64,000 nt of DNA from a virus. Taxonomy: Duplodnaviria > Caudoviricetes. A program made the position numbers and the translations under genes. Shown here in pieces: positions 48,989-59,083 of the stretch; position 1 is the stretch's first letter, and every line of letters begins with the position of its first letter. Location of the stretch: IMG/VR virus record IMGVR_UViG_3300024331_000007, positions 295,891 to 359,890 of that record, one strand, 5' to 3'. The notes beneath the pieces were generated by a model. That model worked only from the letters and a program-made list of their open reading frames with translations, was not told the DNA's origin and ran no database searches.

Positions 48989-49297
48989 ATGACTCTTGAA
49001 ACTCTCCGCGAATATTGGCATGATCACAGCACTCCTACAGGCAAGGTCCAAACTTTTAGCGAAAACAAGAGCATCGACCTTCGCGAATGGAAGGATCAGG
49101 AATCGCACGAAACATTCAAGGCAATGTTCAATGATTTTATCGCGAGTGCGATGGCCGAAAATGATTCGGATCGAGTTTACAATGTCATCATGCGCGAGGC
49201 CGTAAATAAGTATAATCTGCATGCAGCAACGGATATCACCTTCCTCAAAGCGTGGTCTGACTTGGTTGAAGGAATAAAGGCCAACCTTACTCGTTGA
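48989..49297 (+). CDS. Hypothetical protein
   Basis: AAGGA RBS; 102-aa ORF between MoxR and vWA. Confidence 0.6.
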   Translation: MTLETLREYWHDHSTPTGKVQTFSENKSIDLREWKDQESHETFKAMFNDFIASAMAENDSDRVYNVIMREAVNKYNLHAATDITFLKAWSDLVEGIKANLTR

Positions 49298-49337
49298 TAA
49301 TCAACGACTTAGCCTGTGGAAAATCCTTGAAAAAGGG

Positions 49338-49366
49338 TTGATTTTACCACCAAACTTGTGTATACT
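49338..49366 (+). promoter_or_regulatory. sigma70-like promoter
   Basis: TTGATT-N17-TATACT. Confidence 0.65.
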
Positions 49367-49393
49367 AGATGTATGAGGAATAAGGTGAGTCGC

Positions 49394-50755
49394 ATGAAGC
49401 CCGTAATGACAATCTCAAAAGGCAATATAACTGTGTCCAAGGCAATGCGCAGCATGGCCGCAAAGGGTGCTTCTCTCAAGGAACAAAAGGCTACTCGTTT
49501 GACCGACAAGCCGATTCCTAAAGATTTGATGAAGAGTGTTGAAACGAAGATCACGAAGGCTCGTGTGAAGATGTTGTTCCAACAGCCATTTTTTGGTACG
49601 CTCGTGACTCGTCTTCAGATTTTCGCTGCCGACTCGTGGCTTCCGACGATGGCCGTTGACGGCAAGTATCTCTATTTCAATCACGCATTTGTGGATGCGC
49701 TGGAAATGGACGAACTTATTTTCGTCTTTGCGCACGAAATTCTCCACATGGTTTATGATCACATTCATCGTGGCGCTGGCCTCAATCACGATCTGTACAA
49801 TTGTGCAGCCGACTATGTTGTCAACGATGAATTGATTCAGGTGAATGTTGGCAAATTCCCCACAACTGTGCCGGGATTGCATGACATTAAATATCGTGGG
49901 TGGAGCAGCGAAAAGGTCTACGAAGATTTGCAGAAAAAGCAGAAGAATGATCCGAATGCTGGCAAATCTTTGGAAGAGATGCTTGACAAGTTGTTGGATG
50001 AGCACCTTGACCCGTCCAGTGGACAGGGACAGCAAGGCAAGCAGGACGGCAAGGGAAGCGCACCAACTGCCGCTGGCCCCGCGAAGCTTACGGAAGAGGA
50101 ACGCAAGCAGCTAAAGGCTGAGTTGAAGCAGGAGATTATCAATTCTGCGCAGATGGCAGGAATCGGTAACCTTCCCGCTGGCATTCAGCGCATGGTTAAC
50201 GAACTCATTGCGCCAAAGATGGACTGGAAGACACTCCTCCAGAGCCAGCTTAACAGCATTGTTCCTGCCGATTATAGTTTCTTGCGCGTCAATCGCAAGG
50301 GATGGGATTTGGATGCGGTTCTTCCCGGTATGACTGAGATGCCGATGTTGTCGATTGCTTGCGCTCTTGATATGAGTGGTTCAATCAGTCAGAAGATGGT
50401 TCAGGAATTTCTTTCGGAAGTCAAGGGCATCATGGATCAGTACCCAATGTACGAAATCCGTGTGTTCTGTTTCGATACCGCTTGCTACGCTGACCGCACT
50501 TTCAGCAGCGACAATGGCGAGGATATTCGAACCTATGTACCGAAGGGAGGAGGCGGAACTGACGGCGGAGCGATCTTCCGTTACATGAAGGATGAGGATT
50601 TTGTTCCCCTCAAGTTGGTAATCTTCACTGATGGTTACGTTGGTGACTTCGGCGACGAGAACTACTGCCCTACCGTTTGGATCATCAAAGGGTCCAATGT
50701 CGTCCCTCCGTTTGGTACTCATGCCTATTTTGATGAGACTCCAGACGAAGATTAA
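49394..50755 (+). CDS. Metallopeptidase-like (HExxH) plus vWA domain protein, MoxR partner
   Basis: TMAVDG...FVFAHEILH...N.AADYVVN; MIDAS-like DMSGS and GGGGTDG; start moved downstream of the promoter. Confidence 0.85.
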   Translation: MKPVMTISKGNITVSKAMRSMAAKGASLKEQKATRLTDKPIPKDLMKSVETKITKARVKMLFQQPFFGTLVTRLQIFAADSWLPTMAVDGKYLYFNHAFVDALEMDELIFVFAHEILHMVYDHIHRGAGLNHDLYNCAADYVVNDELIQVNVGKFPTTVPGLHDIKYRGWSSEKVYEDLQKKQKNDPNAGKSLEEMLDKLLDEHLDPSSGQGQQGKQDGKGSAPTAAGPAKLTEEERKQLKAELKQEIINSAQMAGIGNLPAGIQRMVNELIAPKMDWKTLLQSQLNSIVPADYSFLRVNRKGWDLDAVLPGMTEMPMLSIACALDMSGSISQKMVQEFLSEVKGIMDQYPMYEIRVFCFDTACYADRTFSSDNGEDIRTYVPKGGGGTDGGAIFRYMKDEDFVPLKLVIFTDGYVGDFGDENYCPTVWIIKGSNVVPPFGTHAYFDETPDED

Positions 50756-50771
50756 TCAAACCAAACCACTG

Positions 50772-50797
50772 AACCCCGCTTAAACAGCGGGGTTTTT
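50772..50797 (+). terminator. Intrinsic terminator
   Basis: AACCCCGCT-TAAAC-AGCGGGGTTTTT. Confidence 0.85.
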
Positions 50798-50912
50798 GGC
50801 GTCTATGGGCGAAGTGTCAAAACCAAAAAAATTCCTAAAATAATTCATGAATTTACTGTTTTCCGTGCTAAATACTTTTGCTTGGAAAGAAGCTGAATTT
50901 AGGAGAAACAGT

Positions 50913-51665
50913 ATGTTAAAACACGTAGGGCTGCATAATGCCCAGAAAATCACCATTGTATTGCATCAGATGCCCACAGAAGATCATATGTGCCTTATCA
51001 TGTATGACCAAAAACTTCCACCACGTTACTATGATGCAGTCAAGAGAGTGCTTAATACACCAGAAGGACAGGCAGCAAAGGATTTTGCGTCAGCATTGGA
51101 AAATGCCAAACTTGACGATGATCGAAATCTAGCAAAGGTTCTTTACACAGAGGGACATTTGAAGAAGGTTCCTTGCAATCAAGTGTTCGCAACTCCATAT
51201 GGTTATGAATCAGCTAACAAAATCAAGCTGAATGAACTAAACCAATACACATCGAAGATCAGTGAAGGCGGAGAAGCACTACAGAAGTTGGCAGAGTTTG
51301 ACGCTAATAAGGGATATAAGGGAAAGAACCGCAAGGAAAACTTGGGTGAAGGAACAGCGGTATCAATCGCTCCATCACCAACACCAGCGCAAACTTCTGC
51401 ACTAGCCCGTCCACAGATTCCCCATTTTAACAACGTGGAAGAGATGAGACAGGAAACGCATCGTTTTGCTGTTGATCCACAGATTGCAAGCGCAGAACTC
51501 CGCAATCAGGGAGATATTCTTCGCACAGCAGCAGTTCAGTTGTTACAACAGGCTAAGATTTTGGCAGAGAAGGCGGAAAGACTCTTCCCAACCGCGCCGA
51601 AAAGGGGTCGAGGTCGTCCAAAGGGATCAGGAATTAAAGCAATTGCAAAGGTACAAGGAAAGTAA
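50913..51665 (+). CDS. Hypothetical late protein with a C-terminal AT-hook-like RGRGRPKG motif
   Basis: TAAATA at 50869-50874 and AGGAG RBS before MLKHVG. Confidence 0.6.
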   Translation: MLKHVGLHNAQKITIVLHQMPTEDHMCLIMYDQKLPPRYYDAVKRVLNTPEGQAAKDFASALENAKLDDDRNLAKVLYTEGHLKKVPCNQVFATPYGYESANKIKLNELNQYTSKISEGGEALQKLAEFDANKGYKGKNRKENLGEGTAVSIAPSPTPAQTSALARPQIPHFNNVEEMRQETHRFAVDPQIASAELRNQGDILRTAAVQLLQQAKILAEKAERLFPTAPKRGRGRPKGSGIKAIAKVQGK

Positions 51666-51670
51666 ACCAC

Positions 51671-51694
51671 AAACCCATCCGAAAGGATGGGTTT
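51671..51694. terminator. Bidirectional terminator between convergent genes
   Basis: AAACCCATCC-GAAA-GGATGGGTTT. Confidence 0.8.
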
Positions 51695-51699
51695 AGTGT

Positions 51700-52713
51700 T
51701 TATAGAAGGGCAAGGCCCGATTCTTTAGTCAATTCAATGTTGCCCTCGATGATTTTGGCAATGCATTGTCGTTCATAAAACGATAACGAGAGTGCCTCAC
51801 TGTATGAAATGCTACCCCGCATGAACCAAATCATTTTCAAAAGGTCATTTGTAATGGTTTTGCACTCTTCTCCCATCTGTTTGATAGTGCCAAAAATCTC
51901 TTCTTCCGAAGCAGGTATAAGTTTTTGGCGAAATTGATTACTGGCATCCAAATCAATTGGTGCAGAAAATGGATGTTGACATTTTGTGCAAGAAACAGAG
52001 ATATCTGGAAGTATTGTTTCCTTTTGAGCCTCAGTAATATAGTCCACAAGCTGTTTTTGCAACTTCACATCGCATTGAGATAGCCATTCGTAGATGAATC
52101 GGCTGTTATTTGTAGTATTTTCTCCGTTTGAAACCTCACTAAGACATAAAGATTGATAATCCAAATGCAATGTTCGTTTTTGGTTGAGCAAAGTTGCAGT
52201 GTACGGTAGATATTCATCAGGCGAGTCGAGTTTTGCGATCTGGTTTAGTTGTTTACTTATTTTAAAGTCTGCAATTGCAAATCGCGTGAACTCTTCATAT
52301 GTTGGCGAACGAAAAGAAAATTCAAAATCATCGATGTTCAATGGTGTAAACCATTTCTTTGCAGATAATCTAGGCAGAACTTGTTGAAGATTGATGTCGT
52401 ACGGGTCCAACTCTTGACATTTTGGGCATTTCAGAATAAGTTCCAAGTCTGGTCCCTGTGTGGCAACTTTAATACTGGCAAGCAAATATTGAAGATCACA
52501 CGCCGGTATCTTACTTGGATTGATTAAATCAGGGCAACAGTTTTTGATATACAGTTCTGTTGCAGAACCATTCATTAATGCATCTGGTGTTCGAATAGTA
52601 AACTCATCAATAGCAGTAGACGAATAAACTGGATGCTTCGCATTGACATTCATGGCCTGCTCGCTGGGCAATGAAATATAGAGAACAGGCCGATTGAATA
52701 CTGGTTTAGCCAT
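51700..52713 (-). CDS. Baseplate hub assembly protein (gp26-like) with a gp51-like C-terminal extension
   Basis: R P.LYISLPS, TPDALMNG, D..YLLASIK.AT.G, CPKC and CTKC; C-terminal WFMRGSISYSEAL.LS.YER. Confidence 0.65.
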   Translation of the reverse strand: MAKPVFNRPVLYISLPSEQAMNVNAKHPVYSSTAIDEFTIRTPDALMNGSATELYIKNCCPDLINPSKIPACDLQYLLASIKVATQGPDLELILKCPKCQELDPYDINLQQVLPRLSAKKWFTPLNIDDFEFSFRSPTYEEFTRFAIADFKISKQLNQIAKLDSPDEYLPYTATLLNQKRTLHLDYQSLCLSEVSNGENTTNNSRFIYEWLSQCDVKLQKQLVDYITEAQKETILPDISVSCTKCQHPFSAPIDLDASNQFRQKLIPASEEEIFGTIKQMGEECKTITNDLLKMIWFMRGSISYSEALSLSFYERQCIAKIIEGNIELTKESGLALL

Positions 52714-52714
52714 T

Positions 52715-53722
52715 TTACACCATTGTTTTTACTTCAGGAAGAAAGCTGCTACCCATAAATGTGAGTTCAGCAGTCCAACTGGCTGGAGCGCCAGCGGCAA
52801 GTTCTTCGGTTGTGCTAGTCTGCTCGGGTGAGAAGAAAGCATACTTTTTTCGCTGAGTGTCAATATGATCGCGAATAGCGTTGAAGTAGCCAACATCCAA
52901 TTTTTGAACAGTTTGTTTGATTTGAATTTCATCTTGGGGATTAGTTGCGTCAAGAGAAAGCAATACAGTTCCAGATGGATCAGTTATAGCCATCTTTGCG
53001 ATACTTGTTGCCAGAAGGTTGAGAGCGCAAAGAGCAAGTTCATTCATATTCGCAGAGAAACTGGCTTCGTCCTTGATGTTTTCATCGCCATCGAAGTTTT
53101 TGGTCATTGCTCTACGAATTGTAAAGATGTTCTTGGAAACCCCAAACAGATTTTTAAGAGGAATTGGCGTAACCAAAAGCTCCATTGCTTGTCCAGTCTC
53201 ATCTTCAATCCGAACTTCTTCGTCCCATTTGTCTGATCGCGAAGAAATTTCGGTTAAAAGATCATATGCGTTGATCTTAATGTTTCGTGTAAGTTTGGTA
53301 TTGGGGACAGACACTGAAAAATCGAACTCTGCTCCATAACTTGCAACACGAATAGCTAAAAGAATCGAATCAATATCGATATGAGGTATCAAACTGGCGT
53401 CTGTAATATTTGGTATGCAACTTTTGACAACCTCATATATGTTTGTTCCGCTCATTGTGGCATCGCCAGTTCGAAATTTAATGTCATCCGTGGCATTCAT
53501 AGCAAAAACTGGCAACTTTCCACTTTCATCAAACGTCAATCCGTTCTTTGGATACCATTTACCATGACTAGGTAAAGTTAAAGATAGCTTACTCTTTCGG
53601 AAGAAGGAAGCCAGTGGATTTTGTGGTTGTTTTGGTGTTTGTTGTTCTGTTTTTTCCTGAATTGTTTTGAGGGGTCCAACGGGGATTCCCTCTGGATTAA
53701 ACTGCCTAGTGCGTGTTGTCAT
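52715..53722 (-). CDS. Baseplate hub assembly protein (gp26-like), second paralogue
   Basis: NPLASFFRK.KL.L.LPS.GKWY, LPVFAM.A.D and DIDSILLAIRVASYG motifs. Confidence 0.7.
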   Translation of the reverse strand: MTTRTRQFNPEGIPVGPLKTIQEKTEQQTPKQPQNPLASFFRKSKLSLTLPSHGKWYPKNGLTFDESGKLPVFAMNATDDIKFRTGDATMSGTNIYEVVKSCIPNITDASLIPHIDIDSILLAIRVASYGAEFDFSVSVPNTKLTRNIKINAYDLLTEISSRSDKWDEEVRIEDETGQAMELLVTPIPLKNLFGVSKNIFTIRRAMTKNFDGDENIKDEASFSANMNELALCALNLLATSIAKMAITDPSGTVLLSLDATNPQDEIQIKQTVQKLDVGYFNAIRDHIDTQRKKYAFFSPEQTSTTEELAAGAPASWTAELTFMGSSFLPEVKTMV

Positions 53723-53739
53723 ATGTTTCCTCTACCCAT

Positions 53740-53767
53740 TATTTATGCTGCGAAATTATGCTAAATA
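53740..53767. promoter_or_regulatory. Divergent late-promoter pair
   Basis: TAAATA on minus (53740-53745) and on plus (53762-53767), between the hub genes and the tape measure gene. Confidence 0.65.
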
Positions 53768-53794
53768 CCTGAAAGTCTACTAAGCGGTGATAGA

Positions 53795-56149
53795 ATGGCG
53801 TCTACTGTTCGTATAAAAACTCATGGCAATACTACCTTGGAGGGTATCGAACTGGAGAATTTCTCCACTGAAGAAACTCTTGCGGCGTTGCTGGAACAGT
53901 TCAAAACGTTTTCTTCTGCATTTACTGCTTCGCAAACAGATACTAAGACCAAAAAAGAAAAATCTCAAACCAAACTTGAAAAATTGCTGGAGGGTTTGGC
54001 TGGAGGAGCTATCGGCGGAGCCGCAGTAGGCGGATCGGGAAAAATTTCAGATGTTGTTACCAAAATGATTGGTCCAGCATTGAATATGTTCAATCCACTA
54101 ATCAATCTTTTCGAAGATATTGCTGAATTGACACCCGAGGTTCTTCTTGCTGTTGCAGCTTTCAAGATTCTGTCGGTTGGCCTTTCTATTTTTCAAGGTG
54201 CTCTCAATATTGTATCACGAAGCATTACATCTTTGTTTAGTGTTGCTGGAAATATTGTAGGAACTTTTTTATCTGGAAAGACGGCGCTAACTGACTATAT
54301 CGCTGCTGTTCAACGTGGAACAGCAACAATACCGATTATTGGAACATTCATTGGATTGCTAGCTAGCGGTGCTGCTATTTTGGATGGTTGGAATCAAACG
54401 TTAGTAGAGCTAACAAAGATGGGCGGAAATTTCAGCGGAAATATTTCAGATATGATTGTTGGCGCAGCCGACGCTGGATTAAGTGTTGAACAGTTTGCCA
54501 GTGTGATTAAGGAAAATGCAGATCAACTTGCAACTTTTGGAACAGTAATGAACGGTGTTAACACCTATACAAAGGTTTCAAAGATCAGCATGCAGGAATA
54601 CTCAGGACAACTGTCGGCTTTGGGGATTTCATTTTCACAATATAGTGAAGAATTACCCAGATTGCTAAGTTTGTTTGGTGCTACAATGAAGGCGCATGGC
54701 GCGAGTGATAAAGAATTGGCTCAGAGCGCAATGAATCTCACAGCACAGTTCGACGCAATGGGTCAGATTACAGGAAAGACTCGCGAACAGCAAGCAAATG
54801 ATTTGGCACAATTGACACAGGATGCTGCATGGCAGCAATCAATGACAAAGATGACCAAGCAGGAACAGGAAGGTTATCTATCAGCGTTAAATGAAATTTC
54901 AAGCACATCAGGAAAGGCATACGCTGAATTATATAAACTAAGCGTTATTGGAATGCCGCCTCTTACGAAGGAATTGCAGGTTCTTTTGGCTACAACCCCC
55001 GGTCTAAATACAGAGTTTCAAAGAATGACTGCGGCTGTTAAATCAGGAATTAAGGGTGTAGAACTTGGCGCAAAGATGGATGATATTGCATCCGACATGG
55101 TTGCAAATGGTTTGAAAGCTGGTCAAACCTTCGAAACTCTTATTGCAGCAAGTACTGCTGGGCTTGGCTCTGCCGATGCTATTGCCAGTGCCCAAAAAGA
55201 CCTATTAGCTCACTCAAAAGAATTTTTTGATGCAGATGGTAATTTCCAAGAAGATCGTTATCGAGCACAGCTTGCTCGTGATCGTAAGAGGGCCGCTGCT
55301 GAAGATGGTGTTAGCAAGAACTTGTTAGTTTTCAGCAATATGTTCACTGAACTTCGAGAAAATTTCTACGTGAAAGTTATAGGTCCGTTGGTTAATAAGC
55401 TTGCCAAACCAGTTCAAGAAATCGTTGATGCGATGACGAAGAACGCTCCAGCGTTCAGTGGTATAATTGATGTGGTTACAAAGGTAGTTCAAGATTTCGC
55501 AAACTGGATTAACAATCCAACAACAGATGTTAAGGGAACGATTGATGGCTTTATCAGTACAGTAAAGACTATTATTAGTTTAACTCTTGGTGCAATTCAA
55601 TTTGTTTGGGGTATCATAAAATTTGTTGCCGATAACTGGAGCATCATTAAGCCAATCCTTGATGTTTTGGTTGGAATGGTTCTGGGAATTGCGCTTGTTA
55701 CTGTTGTTGCGGGATTTCTGGCACTATCAAGCATTATTGGTCCTCTTGTTGCTGGATTTGGTAGTCTTCTAGGATTGATTGGTGGCGCAGGCGGTGCCGC
55801 AGTTGCAGGCGGCGGAGCAGCGTTGGCTGGCGAAGCAGGTGGTCTTGCGGCATTAGTGGGCGGCGAGGCAGCAACGGGAATAGGAATACCAGTGGCTGTG
55901 GCAACTGGCGCGATTGGCGGCGGTGTTCTTCTGTGGCAGTATCTTGCAAATAAAAAGAAGGAAGAAAAAGCCAAGGAACATGTTGAGAAACAGTCATATA
56001 CGCAGTCTGAGCCAGTGGATAATGTATCAGACCATATGGCAAGCATTAGTGAAACATTGGCAAACCACGAAAATCTTCTTCGCCAAATTGCAGATAATAC
56101 AGGTATGGGCGCGAAGTACACTAAGAAAACAGCGGGTGCTGTTGCATAA
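53795..56149 (+). CDS. Tape-measure-like protein
   Basis: Long helical A/L/Q-rich protein with hydrophobic G/A-rich segments, next to the hub genes. Confidence 0.7.
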   Translation: MASTVRIKTHGNTTLEGIELENFSTEETLAALLEQFKTFSSAFTASQTDTKTKKEKSQTKLEKLLEGLAGGAIGGAAVGGSGKISDVVTKMIGPALNMFNPLINLFEDIAELTPEVLLAVAAFKILSVGLSIFQGALNIVSRSITSLFSVAGNIVGTFLSGKTALTDYIAAVQRGTATIPIIGTFIGLLASGAAILDGWNQTLVELTKMGGNFSGNISDMIVGAADAGLSVEQFASVIKENADQLATFGTVMNGVNTYTKVSKISMQEYSGQLSALGISFSQYSEELPRLLSLFGATMKAHGASDKELAQSAMNLTAQFDAMGQITGKTREQQANDLAQLTQDAAWQQSMTKMTKQEQEGYLSALNEISSTSGKAYAELYKLSVIGMPPLTKELQVLLATTPGLNTEFQRMTAAVKSGIKGVELGAKMDDIASDMVANGLKAGQTFETLIAASTAGLGSADAIASAQKDLLAHSKEFFDADGNFQEDRYRAQLARDRKRAAAEDGVSKNLLVFSNMFTELRENFYVKVIGPLVNKLAKPVQEIVDAMTKNAPAFSGIIDVVTKVVQDFANWINNPTTDVKGTIDGFISTVKTIISLTLGAIQFVWGIIKFVADNWSIIKPILDVLVGMVLGIALVTVVAGFLALSSIIGPLVAGFGSLLGLIGGAGGAAVAGGGAALAGEAGGLAALVGGEAATGIGIPVAVATGAIGGGVLLWQYLANKKKEEKAKEHVEKQSYTQSEPVDNVSDHMASISETLANHENLLRQIADNTGMGAKYTKKTAGAVA

Positions 56150-56196
56150 TAACAAAGTAAATACAATAGACACTACGCAATTAGGATTGATATAAC

Positions 56197-57948
56197 ATGG
56201 CATGGAAAAAGTACTTCCGTAATGCAGCTAACAACAATGGCACTTTTAGCCCGTTGTCTCGTCGAGGTGGACGAACATCTGGTGAGGATGCTGCCAGCAT
56301 TTTGAATTATCCGAATTTGCTGCAAGAAAGCTACATGGGTTGCCCAAACAGAATTGAGCGATACCAAAATTTTGAAAGCATGGATCAGGATAGCGAAATC
56401 AACGCTGCACTGGATATCCTCGCTGAATTTAGTACCCAAAGCGGAGAGGATGATCAGGTATGTTTCGATCTTCAATATAAAGAACCTCCAACGGAAACAG
56501 AGTCTAAGATTATCAAGGAGCGTTTGAATAATTGGTATCGTTTGAATGAGTTTGATAAGAGAGCATTCAGAATGTTCCGCAACGTACTCAAGTATGGCGA
56601 TCAGGTATTCCTGCGCGATCCAGAAACATTTAAATTGTTCTATGTTGAAATGGACAATGTAATCAAGGTCATCGTAAACGAAAGTAAGGGAAAGAAACCA
56701 GAGCAGTACGTCATCCGTAACATCAATCCAAATTTTCAAAATTTGACCGTCACTCAGGTTACATCACAAAACTTGTACAACGTTATTCCAAGTGGACCGG
56801 GATTCACTTCCCCGTCCGCTGGATATAATACACAGAATACTCCATACAGTAGCAGCAGTCGATTCACGCATGGTCAGAATGAACATGCAATTGAAGCACA
56901 ACATGTATTGCATCTTTCGTTGACCGAAGGACTTGATCCTAACTGGCCGTTTGGTACAAGCATTCTCGAAATGGTTTTCAAGGTCTTCAAACAGAAAGAA
57001 TTGCTGGAAGACTCAATTGTTATCTATCGGGTACAACGTGCGCCAGAACGCCGAGTGTTCAGCATTGACGTTGGCGACATGCCTAGCCATTTAGCTATGG
57101 CGTTTATCGAAAAAGTAAAGAACGAAATACATCAACGTCGCATTCCTTCATTCGGTGAAGGGCAACACATGATGGATTCAACATATTTTTCGTTGGCCCC
57201 AAATGCTGACTTCTTCTTCCCAATCACTTCCAGCGGACGTGGTTCGAAGGTTGATCAGCTTCCCGGTGGTCAGAATCTTGATCAGATCAATGACTTGTTG
57301 TATTTCAATAATAAGATGGTTCGAGCACTTCGAATCCCAAGCAGCTATTTGCCAACTGGTCCAGAAGAAAGTCCCGCGACTTTGAATGATGGGCGCGTTG
57401 GTACTGCTTTGATTCAGGAGTATCGTTTCAACCAATATTGTCAAAGACTTCAGCGTTTAATTTGCTCACCGCTTGATCTTGAATTTAAAGCATATTTGAA
57501 GTGGTGCGGAGTCAATATTGATTCCAGCATGTTTCAACTTACTTTTAAACCACCACAGAACTTTGCTCACTATCGTCAGGCAGAACTAGACGCAACGAAG
57601 ATTGGAACCTTCACGCAACTTGAAGGCTACGCATACTTCAGCAAACGTTGGTTGATGAAGCGTTACCTCGGATTGACTGAGGACGAAATGGTTGATAACC
57701 AGAAGTTGTGGAGAGAAGAAAACGAAGAAGCATTTGCAAACGAAGGTGAGCCAGTATCTTCTCGTAATCTTGGAATCACACCGGGAGGTATCCAGTCTGA
57801 TCTGGATACATTCGCAGCAAATGAGAATCCAGAAGGAACCACTGAGGGTCCAGCAGGACCTGAAGCCCAAGGTGGTCCTGAAGGTGGAGCAGGACCTGAA
57901 GGCGGCGGAGCAGCGCCTCCAGCAGGAGGACCACAACCGCAATTCTAA
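56197..57948 (+). CDS. Portal protein (T4 gp20-like)
   Basis: RY..FESMD.DSEINAALDI, FR...KYGD, LLEDSIVIYRVQRAPERRVF.IDVG, LPGGQNL and YF..KM.RALRIP motifs. Confidence 0.95.
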   Translation: MAWKKYFRNAANNNGTFSPLSRRGGRTSGEDAASILNYPNLLQESYMGCPNRIERYQNFESMDQDSEINAALDILAEFSTQSGEDDQVCFDLQYKEPPTETESKIIKERLNNWYRLNEFDKRAFRMFRNVLKYGDQVFLRDPETFKLFYVEMDNVIKVIVNESKGKKPEQYVIRNINPNFQNLTVTQVTSQNLYNVIPSGPGFTSPSAGYNTQNTPYSSSSRFTHGQNEHAIEAQHVLHLSLTEGLDPNWPFGTSILEMVFKVFKQKELLEDSIVIYRVQRAPERRVFSIDVGDMPSHLAMAFIEKVKNEIHQRRIPSFGEGQHMMDSTYFSLAPNADFFFPITSSGRGSKVDQLPGGQNLDQINDLLYFNNKMVRALRIPSSYLPTGPEESPATLNDGRVGTALIQEYRFNQYCQRLQRLICSPLDLEFKAYLKWCGVNIDSSMFQLTFKPPQNFAHYRQAELDATKIGTFTQLEGYAYFSKRWLMKRYLGLTEDEMVDNQKLWREENEEAFANEGEPVSSRNLGITPGGIQSDLDTFAANENPEGTTEGPAGPEAQGGPEGGAGPEGGGAAPPAGGPQPQF

Positions 57949-57998
57949 AGGCGGTTTTATTGATGGAATCTATAAATACGGATGATGATGAGGTAAAA

Positions 57999-58238
57999 AT
58001 GAACATCACTGAAATGTTTCAAGAACAAGACGAGGACACACGCAGAGACGAATATATGGACCCTGCTGATGATAATGAAGTCCCAAAATTAAATGATCTT
58101 CGCAAGACAAAACTTACCTTGGGTCAGATTAATCGACTGCGTTTAATTCGCGATGTTCGAAATTTTGAACTCAAGAACAATTTGGAAAATATTCGTAAGC
58201 AGTACGGAACACCCGCTCAGACTGAGCCGGGAATGTAA
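57999..58238 (+). CDS. Small head-assembly-region protein
   Basis: Exact TATAAATA at 57971-57978 and GAGG RBS; RKTKLTLGQINRLR motif. Confidence 0.65.
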   Translation: MNITEMFQEQDEDTRRDEYMDPADDNEVPKLNDLRKTKLTLGQINRLRLIRDVRNFELKNNLENIRKQYGTPAQTEPGM

Positions 58239-58306
58239 CACGCGCAATCCTTGTACGATTTGGTAATAACATTCATCGCATCATCCATCACTTCTGGGGT
58301 CCATAC

Positions 58307-59083
58307 ATGAAATTTCCTACTCGCTTTAAGACTCGCCCCGTAAAGGCGTATTGGTGGAGGAAGGTGCCTAATTTTGGCGATGCAATAACGCCTTTCCTCC
58401 TCAAACATTTTGCAGACATAGACAACGTGGAATGGGATACAGTTTCACGAGCAAGAGTTGTATCGTGCGGTTCAGTTTTAGAGCACCTCCCTCCTGATTG
58501 GGATGGATTCATTGTGGGAAGCGGTAAGCTAATAGAAAATTCTCGATTGAATGGATTTGGACAGACAGCAAAGATTTTGGCACTGCGCGGCCCATTGACA
58601 GCAAGAGGATTCAAAGGAAATTTTGCAATTGGTGATCCCGGTATTCTAGCAAATGAATTGGTCGGACCACAAGAAAAGAAATGGGATTTGGGAATTGTAC
58701 CTCACTGGCAGGATACAGAACTGGCTGATCGTTTCCAACAGCTAATACCTGAAAAATTTTCAGTAAAAGTAATAAGTACAGCGGACGATCCAATTGATGT
58801 TGTAAAGCAAATTGGTTCTTGCCGACGAATCGTAACATCTTCATTACACGGAGTAATCATTGCTGATTCTTTTGGCGGTATTCCTCGTCGTGTAGAGATT
58901 TGCGATAAAATGTCTAATGATGGAGGATTGTTCAAGTTTAGAGATTATAGTGAGTCGATTAAGACTCCGTTAGTAATTGGCAAGATGATCGAGCCATCAA
59001 GATTTTTCGTGGAGGATGTTAAGTTTTCCATCTATGATGCGTACAGAGAATTGAGTGAGGCCATTAAACATGACAATATTTGA
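58307..59083 (+). CDS. Polysaccharide pyruvyltransferase-like protein
   Basis: NFGD..TP, GSG, LRGPLT, GDPG.L, G.VPH and VTSSLHG.I.ADSFG motifs. Confidence 0.8.
   Translation: MKFPTRFKTRPVKAYWWRKVPNFGDAITPFLLKHFADIDNVEWDTVSRARVVSCGSVLEHLPPDWDGFIVGSGKLIENSRLNGFGQTAKILALRGPLTARGFKGNFAIGDPGILANELVGPQEKKWDLGIVPHWQDTELADRFQQLIPEKFSVKVISTADDPIDVVKQIGSCRRIVTSSLHGVIIADSFGGIPRRVEICDKMSNDGGLFKFRDYSESIKTPLVIGKMIEPSRFFVEDVKFSIYDAYRELSEAIKHDNI

Noticed and set aside
57820-57945. Gly/Pro repeats at the portal C-terminus as a collagen-like or mobile repeat
   Set aside because: Short, irregular low-complexity tail without sustained G-X-Y periodicity; such tails are common on portals.
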